From NCBI GenBank assembly GCA_019116105.1, contig DXCH01000264.1:1-34383 (forward strand): a stretch of 34,383 nt of DNA, written 5' to 3'. Both the position numbers and the translations under genes were made by a program. Position 1 is the stretch's first letter. Each line of letters opens with the position of its first letter. The notes beneath the pieces were generated by a model that saw only the letters and a list, made by a program, of their open reading frames with translations, did no database searches and was not told where the DNA came from. Origin of the DNA: Candidatus Eubacterium avistercoris. GTDB lineage: Bacteria; Bacillota; Clostridia; Lachnospirales; Lachnospiraceae. Positions 21,375 to 30,042 of this stretch are shown piece after piece.

Positions 21375-21432
21375 AAAATTGTATTTAAAAAAATACAATT
21401 TTTATTATAACAGATGCCTTGTATAAGTTCAA
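21375..21432 (-). promoter_or_regulatory. sigmaA promoter of the V-ATPase operon with a palindromic operator at the start site
   Basis: TTGAAC (21432-21427)-17 bp-TATAAT (21409-21404) with an extended -10 TG; perfect 12-bp inverted repeat AAAATTGTATTT-N4-AAATACAATTTT (21375-21402). Confidence 0.7.
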
Positions 21433-21681
21433 ATATATCTTTGACATTTTGTATTTTTTCACATACATATCTGCTATTTTTGGTTATTTCAAACATTTCT
21501 CCATTATTTTTATATATTTTCTAATTTTTTATTGTATTTTTTTCAATACAATAATATAATATTTGTTTACGTTATTATCTATGCTCTCACTGGCTTGCCA
21601 GAACTTCTGACTTTGCGGGACAGTTTCTTTCACATCTGCCCCCTGCTTCTATTTTTTCTGTTCTCATGGTATAATATACTT

Positions 21682-21787
21682 GTTTTCCCGGTTCCGGGGA
21701 GGGAGAACGTTTCGGCGTTTTGCCCGGTTCTAGTGCAAATAATAAGAGAATCCAGTTAGAAACCAGGGCAGCCGGGAAATCTTTTTA
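21682..21787 (+). ncRNA. Candidate structured non-coding RNA (three-way junction with UUCG hairpin)
   Basis: Extended -10 TGGTATAAT (21667-21675); nested stems 21684-92/21771-79, 21705-10/21715-20 around UUCG, and 21721-33/21756-70; U-tract at 21782-86. G-U pairs favour the + strand. Confidence 0.5.
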
Positions 21788-21797
21788 TATAAGAATC

Positions 21798-21838
21798 AAA
21801 AACAGCGGCTTCGGAAATTTCCAAAAGCCGCTGTTTTT
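21798..21838. terminator. Bidirectional intrinsic terminator
   Basis: AAAAACAGCGGCTT / AAGCCGCTGTTTTT perfect 14-bp inverted repeat. Confidence 0.8.
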
Positions 21839-21935
21839 ATAATCAATCAGTTTCATTTTATATAGTAAGAAATCATCTTATTCTCCCGATAACACGCCAA
21901 CTTTTTCTGACATTCCTTTGCCGACTGGGATTCAA

Positions 21936-22490
21936 TTACGCTTCCTCATTTTCCCCCGGCAGCTTCACCACAGTCATATCATGATGCACTGCCTTTAAAA
22001 AGGGACCCAGAATGTCTCTGGTCTTTACCCGCAGGCTGGACGTATTCACACAGGGATGGCAGCCGAAATATTCGCCTTTCAGCAGATCTTCGTCCACCAG
22101 CAGGCGCACATGATTTTCCGTATCATTCATCAGGCCCAGCACACTGACAGACCCCGGCGTAATATCCAGGTATTGTTCCATTTCTGCCGGTCCCCCAAAG
22201 GAAAGCCTGGCGCTTCCGATCTGTTTGGTAATATCTTTTGTTTTGAACTTTTTATCTCCCAGTATCATGAGCAGATAAAAATCTGTTTTCTGCCGGTTGC
22301 ACAAAAAAAGATTTTTGCAGATATCCGCCTGGAGCACCCGGTCTATTTCTTCACAGGCCTCCATTGTCATGGCAGCCTCATGATCCACCCGTTCGTATTC
22401 GATCCCCAGATCATCCAGCAGGTCGTATACCCGCATTTCTTTTTCCTCTCTTTTACCGGCATCCTGCGGTCTTCCTTTTACCAGTTTCAT
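21936..22490 (-). CDS. YbaK/ProX-family aminoacyl-tRNA deacylase (prolyl-tRNA editing)
   Basis: CKNLFLCNR, RLSFG, ITPGSVSVLGLMND, GCHPCVNTSSL; ATG at 22490 after GAAAGGA. Confidence 0.88.
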   Translation of the reverse strand: MKLVKGRPQDAGKREEKEMRVYDLLDDLGIEYERVDHEAAMTMEACEEIDRVLQADICKNLFLCNRQKTDFYLLMILGDKKFKTKDITKQIGSARLSFGGPAEMEQYLDITPGSVSVLGLMNDTENHVRLLVDEDLLKGEYFGCHPCVNTSSLRVKTRDILGPFLKAVHHDMTVVKLPGENEEA

Positions 22491-22595
22491 ATTTTTTCCT
22501 TTCTTTTCCAAAAAAATTTATTTTATTTTCCAACTATGAAATCTTCTGTTCCTGCAGATACTAAACTGCAATCTAACAGAAAGGAGTTTTTCATT

Positions 22596-23033
22596 ATGGA
22601 CAAATGCTGTACAAATACCCTTGCCATTGCTTCTGTTCCCTGTCAGGAGACGGATCTGTCAAATTTATACACCGCCGAAGAAGCTCTATGCAATGGTACC
22701 ATATTTCCGGAATTAAATCTTCCCTTTTTTATTACAGAAACAGACAAAAAAAGCAGCTGCGGCTGCCTGGCCTCTGGCTGCTGCCGGGATATGATGGAGA
22801 TCATGAAAACAGGGTTTTATCTGGATGATCTGACTTTGTATCTGGATACCCATCCCCAGGACAAGAAAGCCCTTGCCCTCATGCAGGAATGTCTGGCAAA
22901 AAAGCAGCAGCAGGTCTGCGACTTCGCGAAGGATCATTTCGTTTTAACAAAAAACTGTATTCCGCAGGCACCGGACAAAGGCGCTTTTGCCTGGTCTGAC
23001 GGCCCTGCCCCCTGGGAAGGAGTGTATGAATAA
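22596..23033 (+). CDS. cotJB: Fused CotJA-CotJB spore coat protein
   Basis: True start ATG 22596 after AAGGAG. N-half LAIASVPCQ...LYTAEEALCNGTIFPELNLPF is CotJA-like; C-half FYLDDLTLYLDTHPQDKKAL...WSDGPAPWEG is CotJB-like. Stop overlaps the cotJC start. Confidence 0.85.
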   Translation: MDKCCTNTLAIASVPCQETDLSNLYTAEEALCNGTIFPELNLPFFITETDKKSSCGCLASGCCRDMMEIMKTGFYLDDLTLYLDTHPQDKKALALMQECLAKKQQQVCDFAKDHFVLTKNCIPQAPDKGAFAWSDGPAPWEGVYE

Positions 23034-23650
23034 TGTGGGTTTATGAAAAAAGACTGCAGTTTCCTGTAAAAATCACAAAAACCTGTCCTAAGACCGCCAA
23101 GCTGATCATCAGCCAGTACGGCGGACCGGACGGAGAGCTGAGCGCTTCTATGCGATACCTGGCTCAGCGGTATTCCATGCCGGTGAAATCCGTAGGCGGA
23201 CTGCTGACGGATATCGGCACCGAGGAGCTGGGCCATATGGAGATGATCTGCGCCATGGTCTATCAGCTGACAAAGGATCTGCCTATGAAAGAGATCAAGG
23301 AAAGCGGATTTGATGCCTACTATATCGACCATACCACCGGGCTGTGGCCTCAGGCTGCTGCCGGCCTTCCGTTTTCCGCCATAGAATTTCAGTCCAAGGG
23401 AGACGCCATTACGGACCTGACGGAAAACCTGGCCGCCGAGCAGAAAGCCCGGACCGTCTACGACAATCTGCTGCGGGCCATCACCGATCCGGAGATCCGG
23501 GAACCGCTGAAATTTCTCCGGGCGCGGGAAATCGTGCACTTCCAGCGGTTTGGCGAGGCACTGGAAAAAACAAAAGAAACGCTGGACGCGAAAAACTTTT
23601 ACTATTTTAACCCGGAGTATGACAAGGCAATGTATCACCCGGGCAGGTAG
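23033..23650 (+). CDS. cotJC: Spore coat protein CotJC (manganese catalase family)
   Basis: MWVYEKRLQFPVKI, QYGGPDGELSASMRY, DIGTEELGHMEM, AAEQKAR, REIVHFQRFGE. Confidence 0.95.
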   Translation: MWVYEKRLQFPVKITKTCPKTAKLIISQYGGPDGELSASMRYLAQRYSMPVKSVGGLLTDIGTEELGHMEMICAMVYQLTKDLPMKEIKESGFDAYYIDHTTGLWPQAAAGLPFSAIEFQSKGDAITDLTENLAAEQKARTVYDNLLRAITDPEIREPLKFLRAREIVHFQRFGEALEKTKETLDAKNFYYFNPEYDKAMYHPGR

Positions 23651-23666
23651 CCTTTCCCCAATTGAA

Positions 23667-23703
23667 AAGCCGGAGTTTCTGCAAAATCCAGAAGCTCCGG
23701 CTT
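23667..23703. terminator. Hairpin between convergent genes
   Basis: AAGCCGGAG / CTCCGGCTT inverted repeat. Confidence 0.6.
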
Positions 23704-23715
23704 GTTCCGTTCATT

Positions 23716-23973
23716 TTAGTTTTCGAATTCGTTTTCCATTTTTTCCAGCTGAAAATACAGCAGATCTTCGCTGTATACCGTCCAATACCCCCGGGTCATA
23801 AAGTAATCCCGGATCTTTTCACAGGCTTCTTCCAGCTTTCCGTCGCAGGCGCAGTTTCCCTGGGGCTCAATGCAGCCTTCCGTTTCGCTTTTCAGGCTCA
23901 GTCTGAAATACAGTTTCTCTCTGAACAGTTCTATATTCAATTGTGTAATGTCATTGTAATCGATTTTTTCCAT
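23716..23973 (-). CDS. Small acidic hypothetical protein
   Basis: ATG 23973 preceded by a strong RBS AAAGGAGG; 85 aa; no family recognised. Confidence 0.6.
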   Translation of the reverse strand: MEKIDYNDITQLNIELFREKLYFRLSLKSETEGCIEPQGNCACDGKLEEACEKIRDYFMTRGYWTVYSEDLLYFQLEKMENEFEN

Positions 23974-24073
23974 AAGGCGCCTCCTTTTTGAAAAGTATAG
24001 CATACTCCTGTATCCATTGTATAGCGGTTGTCTCTCCTATCTGACAGATATCACCTTTTCTTTTGATCCGGTA

Positions 24074-24102
24074 TTTACGCCGCTGTATAAATGGAGTATA
24101 AT
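24074..24102 (+). promoter_or_regulatory. Putative sigmaA promoter of the MttB-family gene
   Basis: TTTACG-17 bp-TATAAT. Confidence 0.5.
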
Positions 24103-24163
24103 TGAAAACACTGGTGTCTTTACACCTGTAAGTTCAGTTATGATACAGTAAGGAGGTCCTGTT

Positions 24164-25606
24164 ATGTCAGGCAGAATCAAATACAACATTATGTCCCAAA
24201 GCGAACTGAAGCTTTTGAAAGACCGCACGGAAACGCTGCTGGAACAGCGCGGCATCGTCCTGGAACATCAGCCTTTGCGGTCAGAGCTGGAAAAATCCGG
24301 CTGTATCCTCCAGGATAAAAAAGTCCTGTTTCCAAAAGAAGTGATCCGCAAAGCCCTTGCGGATGTACCGGAAACCTTTACTTTGTACTCTCCTTCCGGG
24401 CAGCATGATATGGAATTTCCCCACCCCCAGGGATCTTTTTATACCCGCACCTGTACCGGCGCCCCTTATTACAGATCTCTGAATGATCTGACACGCTATG
24501 TGACGCCGGAAAATACCGCGGAATGGTTTCATCTCACAAATTACCTGGACAACATCGATTTTACCGCCCTGCCATCTGCATGCAGCCCCGATGTGCCGGG
24601 CAATATGATCGACATCTGTACCCTGGAACAGGCCTTAAACCTTTCAGAAAAACATATCTGGATCCAGCCTTACGGCACTGCCAATGTCCGATACCTGATC
24701 GAAATGTGCCAGGCCGCCGCAGGAGGTCCGAAAGCCCTCAGAGAAAAACCCATCGTAAGCTTCATTTCCTGCAGTGTGCCTGTACTGAAGTTTAAAGACA
24801 TGGACGCTGAGATCATTTATCAATGCGCCAAAGCCGGTATTCCCGTACAGCCCTGCGCGCTGCCTACCGCAGGCGCCAACACACCGGTTACTGCCCAGGG
24901 AACAGCCCTTGCCGCCTGCGCGGATGTGCTGGCTCAGATCATTATGCTGGAGCTTTTGTGTCCGGGCCTTCCCGTGATCGCCACTCCTTTGCTGTTTTCT
25001 ATGGATATGAAAACTACCTATACCCTGCAGTCCAATACACAGATCACCCTCGGACGTCTCATGTGCATGCAGCTGTTTGAAGAAGGTTATCACATTCCCG
25101 CCCATTCTTACGGCACAGGAACAGACAGCCCGGTACTGGATGAACAAAATATGATCGAACGCACTTCCCTGATCCATATGATGGCCATATCAGGGGCCAG
25201 CGTCTTAGGCGGCGCAGGGCAGCTGGAAACAGCCAAGACCATCAGTCCCCTGCAGCTGATCATGGATGATGAGATCTTCGGCATCGCCAAACAGCTCTGC
25301 CGGGGACTTGCCGTAGATGATGAGACCCTGGACTTTGAAGAACTGCTCCGGGGAGATGACGGGAACGGGTATCTTATGAGCAATCATACCCTGCGGCATT
25401 TTCATGAACTCTATCGGCCGGAACTATTCTTCCAAGGCAATACCCCTGCCGCTGCCGACGGCACGCCTCTGCATACTATGCTGCAGCGGACCCTTCAGCG
25501 CTACCATGCGCTGAAAGCCCTTCCCATCCGTCAGGTATTAAATCCGGACATCTCTCAGCGGATCCACGAGATCTTGCTTCAGGCAAAACAGGAACTGACT
25601 GTCTGA
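24164..25606 (+). CDS. Trimethylamine methyltransferase (MttB) superfamily protein, non-pyrrolysine
   Basis: 480 aa uninterrupted ORF with LLEQRGI...ALADVPETFTLY, AGANTPVTAQGTALA, and GAGQLETAKTISPLQLIMDDEI...YLMSNHTLRHF typical of the family; no in-frame amber codon. Confidence 0.85.
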   Translation: MSGRIKYNIMSQSELKLLKDRTETLLEQRGIVLEHQPLRSELEKSGCILQDKKVLFPKEVIRKALADVPETFTLYSPSGQHDMEFPHPQGSFYTRTCTGAPYYRSLNDLTRYVTPENTAEWFHLTNYLDNIDFTALPSACSPDVPGNMIDICTLEQALNLSEKHIWIQPYGTANVRYLIEMCQAAAGGPKALREKPIVSFISCSVPVLKFKDMDAEIIYQCAKAGIPVQPCALPTAGANTPVTAQGTALAACADVLAQIIMLELLCPGLPVIATPLLFSMDMKTTYTLQSNTQITLGRLMCMQLFEEGYHIPAHSYGTGTDSPVLDEQNMIERTSLIHMMAISGASVLGGAGQLETAKTISPLQLIMDDEIFGIAKQLCRGLAVDDETLDFEELLRGDDGNGYLMSNHTLRHFHELYRPELFFQGNTPAAADGTPLHTMLQRTLQRYHALKALPIRQVLNPDISQRIHEILLQAKQELTV

Positions 25607-25628
25607 CGGCAAATTGTTTTGATGATAT

Positions 25629-25672
25629 AAAAACGGCTGATCCGGGCGCAATGTCCGGCTCAGCCGCTTTTT
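25629..25672. terminator. Bidirectional terminator-like hairpin
   Basis: CGGCTGA / TCAGCCG stem with flanking A/T tracts between convergent genes. Confidence 0.6.
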
Positions 25673-26310
25673 CATACCGGACCGGCCTCTGTTTCTTCCA
25701 GTCCGATCCTTGTCTTAAAAGTTCCTTCCACAGACGTATCCAGCTGTTTCCAGCCGATCTGTCCGATCGTTTTTCCCGTTATGCACACTGCCGCCCGATC
25801 GCCTGTTTCTTTGCTGCTCCAGGTCAGCCAAAAATGTCTCTGAGCAGCGCCCCGGATCTGTCCGCGCAGACCGTTTGCATCTGCTGTGGAAAAGAAATCC
25901 ATGCCTGCGGTCAGACCTTCCCCGGTATATTTCAGATAACTTTCCTTAGCCGTCCAGACCTGTAAGAAATCACGGTATCCGTTTCGCTCCAGCCACTCGG
26001 CCTCCTTTGGATGAAAGAATCGCTCCGCCAGACGCTTGGGGCTGCACTTTTGGCTGCCCTGCACATCCAGGCCCAGTTCTCCCCTGCCAAAGGCGCACAT
26101 CCAGAAGTTCCCGCTGTGGGAAATGGAAAATCCTATATCCGATGGCGATGAAAAATACGGTTTTTGGTAGGTGCCGGGATCCATCAGAGCAAGAGCGTCG
26201 ATCTGATCTGTTCTGTCCTGTTCTCTCAGCCAGTCTGCCGCCGCTTCCAGCAGCAGCCTGTGGGAACCGTTTTTTCCGTCCCACCCGGTATAGTAGATCA
26301 TAACGTCCAT
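25672..26310 (-). CDS. Sfp-type 4'-phosphopantetheinyl transferase
   Basis: QKPYF, FSISHSG, LGLDVQ and FLQVWTAKESYLKYTGEGL motifs. Confidence 0.88.
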   Translation of the reverse strand: MDVMIYYTGWDGKNGSHRLLLEAAADWLREQDRTDQIDALALMDPGTYQKPYFSSPSDIGFSISHSGNFWMCAFGRGELGLDVQGSQKCSPKRLAERFFHPKEAEWLERNGYRDFLQVWTAKESYLKYTGEGLTAGMDFFSTADANGLRGQIRGAAQRHFWLTWSSKETGDRAAVCITGKTIGQIGWKQLDTSVEGTFKTRIGLEETEAGPV

Positions 26311-26314
26311 TTTT

Positions 26315-28141
26315 TTATTCCACCGTTACGGATTTGGCCAGATTTCTCGGTTTATCCACATCGCATCCTCTGCCTACCGCTACATAATAAGCAAACATCT
26401 GCAGCGGGATCAGCGCCAGGGAACTGGTAAAATATTTGTTTGTCTCCGGAATGTAGATCACATAATCCGCTGTTTTTTCCACATCCGTATTGCCTTCTAC
26501 CGTCACGGCCATTGCGAAGGCCCCTCTGGATTTTACTTCCTGAATATTACTGATGGTCTTTTTATAGAGAGCCGGCTGTGTCAGCACCGCTACCACCAGC
26601 GTTCCATCTTCCACCAGAGAGATGGTGCCGTGTTTCAGCTCGCCTGCGGCATAAGCCTCCGCATGAATGTAGGATATTTCCTTCAATTTCAGAGCGCCCT
26701 CCATGGAAAGGGCATAATCCAGTCCTCTTCCGATAAAGAAAACGTCTTTGGCCGCAATATAACGATTGGCAAATTTCTGAATGTTATTCCTGTGAGCCAA
26801 AAGCATTTCAATCTGATCCGGCAGCCGTTTCAGATCCTGGATCATATCTCCGATCTCTTCCCCGGAAACCGTGCCTCTGACCTCGGCGAATTTGATCGCC
26901 AGCAGATATTCCGCGATCAGCTGGGTGCTGAATGCCTTTGTTGTAGCCACGGCGATCTCAGGTCCCGCCCAAGTATAGATCACTTTATCCGCTTCTCTTG
27001 CAATGGAGCTTCCCACCACATTTACGATAGCCAGCGTCATCGCGCCTTTTTCTTTTGCTTCCCGCAAGGCAGCCAGGGAATCCGCCGTTTCTCCGGACTG
27101 GCTGATGATGATCACCAGATCGTTTTCCCGCAGGATCGGATTGCGGTAACGGAACTCACTGGCCAGATCCACGAAAGAAGGGATCCTTGCCATTTCTTCA
27201 AAAATGTATTTGGCGCACATGCCGGTATAGCTTGCGGAACCGCATGCCACAATGTGGATGCTGTTGATCCGGCGGATCTCATCGTCTGTCATGCCCAGCT
27301 CGTCGATCACGATCTTGCCGTCTTTCAGTCTGGGTTCCAGCGTATCCCGCACCGCTTTGGGCTGTTCATACATCTCTTTCAGCATGAAATGCTCATAGCC
27401 GCCTTTTTCCGCCGCGTTTACATCCCATTCTACCGTGTGCATTTCTTTTTCGATTTCTTCTTCATCAATATTGTAAAAAGTGATCCCATCTTTTTCCAGC
27501 ACCGCGATCTCTTCGTTCTGGATATAATAAACATTCCTTGTGTATTTCAGGATCGCCGGCACATCCGAAGCGATCAGATTGCCTTCTTTTCCTTTTCCCA
27601 CTACGAGAGGGCTGTCTTTTCTAAGTGAAAACAGCTGATCCGGGAAATCCCGAAACAGGATGCCGAGGGCGTAAGAACCGTCGATACGGTTCATCACTTT
27701 AGTAATGGCATTCAGCGGGTTCCCGTCATAGTAGTAATCCAGCAGATGAGCCACCACTTCCGTATCCGTATCCGATACAAAATGATAGCCTCTGGCTGTG
27801 AGCATCTGTTTTAATTTGATGTAATTTTCTATGATCCCGTTATGTACGACTACAATGGATCCGTCCGCGTTGTGATGGGGATGAGCGTTCACGTCGTTGG
27901 GCGCGCCGTGAGTGGCCCAGCGCGTATGGCCGATGCCTGCGGTTCCCGGCATGGTGGCTCCGTCATGGGTCAGCTCGCTCAGTACTTTCAGACGGCCTGT
28001 AGCCTTCTGGATCTGTATCTCTTTTCCATTGCTGACAGCGATCCCCGCTGAATCGTATCCTCTGTATTCCAGTTTTGACAGACCGTCCAGCAGGATCGGC
28101 GCTGCCTGTGACTCTCCGATATATCCTACAATACCGCACAT
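26315..28141 (-). CDS. glmS: Glutamine--fructose-6-phosphate transaminase (isomerizing)
   Basis: MCGIVG N-terminal nucleophile (start 28141 after AGGAGGAG), GHTRWATHG, SQSGETAD, DKPRNLAKSVTVE. Confidence 0.98.
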   Translation of the reverse strand: MCGIVGYIGESQAAPILLDGLSKLEYRGYDSAGIAVSNGKEIQIQKATGRLKVLSELTHDGATMPGTAGIGHTRWATHGAPNDVNAHPHHNADGSIVVVHNGIIENYIKLKQMLTARGYHFVSDTDTEVVAHLLDYYYDGNPLNAITKVMNRIDGSYALGILFRDFPDQLFSLRKDSPLVVGKGKEGNLIASDVPAILKYTRNVYYIQNEEIAVLEKDGITFYNIDEEEIEKEMHTVEWDVNAAEKGGYEHFMLKEMYEQPKAVRDTLEPRLKDGKIVIDELGMTDDEIRRINSIHIVACGSASYTGMCAKYIFEEMARIPSFVDLASEFRYRNPILRENDLVIIISQSGETADSLAALREAKEKGAMTLAIVNVVGSSIAREADKVIYTWAGPEIAVATTKAFSTQLIAEYLLAIKFAEVRGTVSGEEIGDMIQDLKRLPDQIEMLLAHRNNIQKFANRYIAAKDVFFIGRGLDYALSMEGALKLKEISYIHAEAYAAGELKHGTISLVEDGTLVVAVLTQPALYKKTISNIQEVKSRGAFAMAVTVEGNTDVEKTADYVIYIPETNKYFTSSLALIPLQMFAYYVAVGRGCDVDKPRNLAKSVTVE

Positions 28142-28236
28142 ATTTTTTCTCCTCCTGTTATCATAAACGTCATTCACACTCTCTGATAAAACCTTTTGAT
28201 TTCTTATCTTATCATAATTATATGCAGCAATCCAAT

Positions 28237-28275
28237 AAAAAAATGGCCAAAAGCGAAAACTCCTCCTTTGGCCAT
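28237..28275 (-). terminator. Intrinsic terminator after the aminotransferase
   Basis: ATGGCCAAA / TTTGGCCAT stem followed by a T-tract on minus. Confidence 0.7.
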
Positions 28276-28285
28276 CTGATCGATC

Positions 28286-29497
28286 CTATAAATCTGTACT
28301 GCCGCTGCCCTGACCGTTTTTGTACGCGTCCATCAGCCGCTGAAATCCCGGCAGGCTGTCCCGGGCCACTTTTGCCGGAACGCAGTAGGAAATCCGTACC
28401 CAGCCCGGTCCGTAAAACGCCGTTCCCGGCGCCATCAGGATCTTCTCTTTTTTTGCCATTTCGCAGAAATGGGCGTCGTCCTCCTCCAGCGCCTTTACAA
28501 ACAGATAAAAGGCTCCGTCCGGATGGATGCAGGTATATCCCATTTCCGTCAGTCCGTTGTACAGGATATTCCTTGTTTCTTCATAAATGCTGATGTCAAC
28601 AGATGCATCCACGCATTTCAGCAGCATTTTCTGCTGGAGAGACGGGGCGTTTACATACCCCAGATACCGCATAGAAGCAGTCAGGCCCGCGATCAGGTCT
28701 GCGAAATCATCTACTGAAGGCTCCATAGCCGCGTATCCGATCCTTTCGCCCGGGATGGACAGCGCCTTGCTGTAGGAATACACTACGATCGTATTGTGAT
28801 AAAAATGAGTCAGATAAGGCACTTCTATACCGTAAGCCAGTTTCCGGTAAGGCTCGTCCGATACGAGATAAATGGGATGTCCGTATTTTTCTTCCATTTC
28901 TTTCAGCACGGAAGCCACCATGGTCAGTGATTCCGGCGTGTACACCGCGCCGGTGGGATTGTTGGGCGTATTGATCAGCACAAATTTCGTCTTTTCGGAA
29001 AAAGCTGCCCGAAGGGTCGCTTCATCCGGCTGCAGAGTATCCATGTTGCACAAAGCAGGCACCAGTTTCCCGTAAAACGTCTCCACATAGCTTTTGTATT
29101 CCCAAAAATACGGGGCAAATGTGATCACTTCATCCCCTTCATCCAGCAGGGTATTGCACAGCATGGCAATGGCAGAGGCGGCGCCGCTGGTCATGACGAT
29201 CCCGTCCACGGTATAATGGCAGCCGTATGTCTGATTCAGATAATCAGCGATATGCTGACGCACTTCCGGATGCCCCACATTTGCCGGATAGCCGTGCAGG
29301 GACAGGGCCGGTTCCGTATCCAGGATCTCTTTTAAGGTTTCATTTACAATCGCCGGAGGCTCCACGCTGGGATTGCCGATACTGAAATTGTATATATTTT
29401 CCGCTCCGTATATTTCCGCCAGTTTTTTTCCTTCTTCAAAAATATCTCTGATGCAGATAGACGCATCCAGAGACGCTCTCAATCTCTTTGCGATCAT
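28286..29497 (-). CDS. PLP-dependent class I/II aminotransferase (aspartate aminotransferase-like)
   Basis: NFSIGNP, INTPNNPTG, SDEPY, SYSKALSIPGERIG (PLP lysine), GWVRISYC. Confidence 0.93.
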   Translation of the reverse strand: MIAKRLRASLDASICIRDIFEEGKKLAEIYGAENIYNFSIGNPSVEPPAIVNETLKEILDTEPALSLHGYPANVGHPEVRQHIADYLNQTYGCHYTVDGIVMTSGAASAIAMLCNTLLDEGDEVITFAPYFWEYKSYVETFYGKLVPALCNMDTLQPDEATLRAAFSEKTKFVLINTPNNPTGAVYTPESLTMVASVLKEMEEKYGHPIYLVSDEPYRKLAYGIEVPYLTHFYHNTIVVYSYSKALSIPGERIGYAAMEPSVDDFADLIAGLTASMRYLGYVNAPSLQQKMLLKCVDASVDISIYEETRNILYNGLTEMGYTCIHPDGAFYLFVKALEEDDAHFCEMAKKEKILMAPGTAFYGPGWVRISYCVPAKVARDSLPGFQRLMDAYKNGQGSGSTDL

Positions 29498-29637
29498 ACT
29501 TATCCTCCATCTATTTTGTTTAACACGTTAAAGTGAAAATGTCCTTGTCCATCATAGCACATTCTGGACAAAAGTCAACGGATCAAAGGCAGAACAAGGA
29601 AGCTTTTTTGCAGTGGGCGAACATGGTCTCCTACACA

Positions 29638-29693
29638 GAAAAAAGGATCCAAAAGCACCAGCCTTGTCCGCTCTGCTTTTGGATCCTTTTTTC
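29638..29693. terminator. 20-bp perfect inverted repeat, probable terminator
   Basis: GAAAAAAGGATCCAAAAGCA (29638-29657) / TGCTTTTGGATCCTTTTTTC (29674-29693), just after the small membrane ORF. Confidence 0.7.
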
Positions 29694-29719
29694 GATCATC
29701 CGTTTTTTATTTCCGATAT

Positions 29720-29932
29720 TTATCTTTTCACAACTTTTTTAGCAGCGGATTTGATCTTGTCCGCAAGTGATTCTTCCGCTTCTGCTTCCAGATCATATTC
29801 TCCGTCTACATTATCGTCAAATTCTTCGTATTTGTCGTCTCTTGTGAAATATTCATAAGCTTTATACACAACAATACCAATTACCGCCAATACAATCAGT
29901 GTTTTCAAAGTTTTTTTCAACATAGTCAACAA
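29720..29932 (-). CDS. Small single-TM protein with an acidic tail
   Basis: LIVLAVIGIVVY hydrophobic segment followed by a D/E-rich stretch; RBS GAAAGGA; own terminator. Start could be 29932, 29929 or 29923. Confidence 0.7.
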   Translation of the reverse strand: MLTMLKKTLKTLIVLAVIGIVVYKAYEYFTRDDKYEEFDDNVDGEYDLEAEAEESLADKIKSAAKKVVKR

Positions 29933-30042
29933 CCGTCCTTTCTCTGCTTTGCAAAATCTCTTACTTGAATCATATCACTTTGCTTCCCCGGGCGCAAGAA
30001 CATGCCCTATTCTTTTACAAAAAAATAATATTCTTGCCGCCA

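Noticed and set aside
21465-21477. ACATATCTGCTAT matches the element's third operator (759-771)
   Set aside because: A single 13-bp AT-rich match lacking the full palindrome; not distinguishable from chance without a genome-wide scan.
21682-21787. Hammerhead ribozyme, SRP RNA or T-box identity for the structured RNA
   Set aside because: No CUGANGA/GAAA core, no SRP GGAA/CAGG-AGCA motif, and no T-box UGGNACC antiterminator.
21720-21842. 40-codon TTG-started ORF inside the ncRNA candidate
   Set aside because: The GGAGGGG motif is ~16 nt from the TTG, and the ORF runs through the terminator hairpin.
22056-22595. N-terminal 180 aa of the 325-aa ORF 22056-23033
   Set aside because: It overlaps the ProX gene antisense; the real start is ATG 22596 with RBS AAGGAG.
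28142-28285. glmS ribozyme upstream of glmS
   Set aside because: Only ~95 nt lie between the upstream terminator and the start codon, and no AGCGCC...ACGAGG core is visible.
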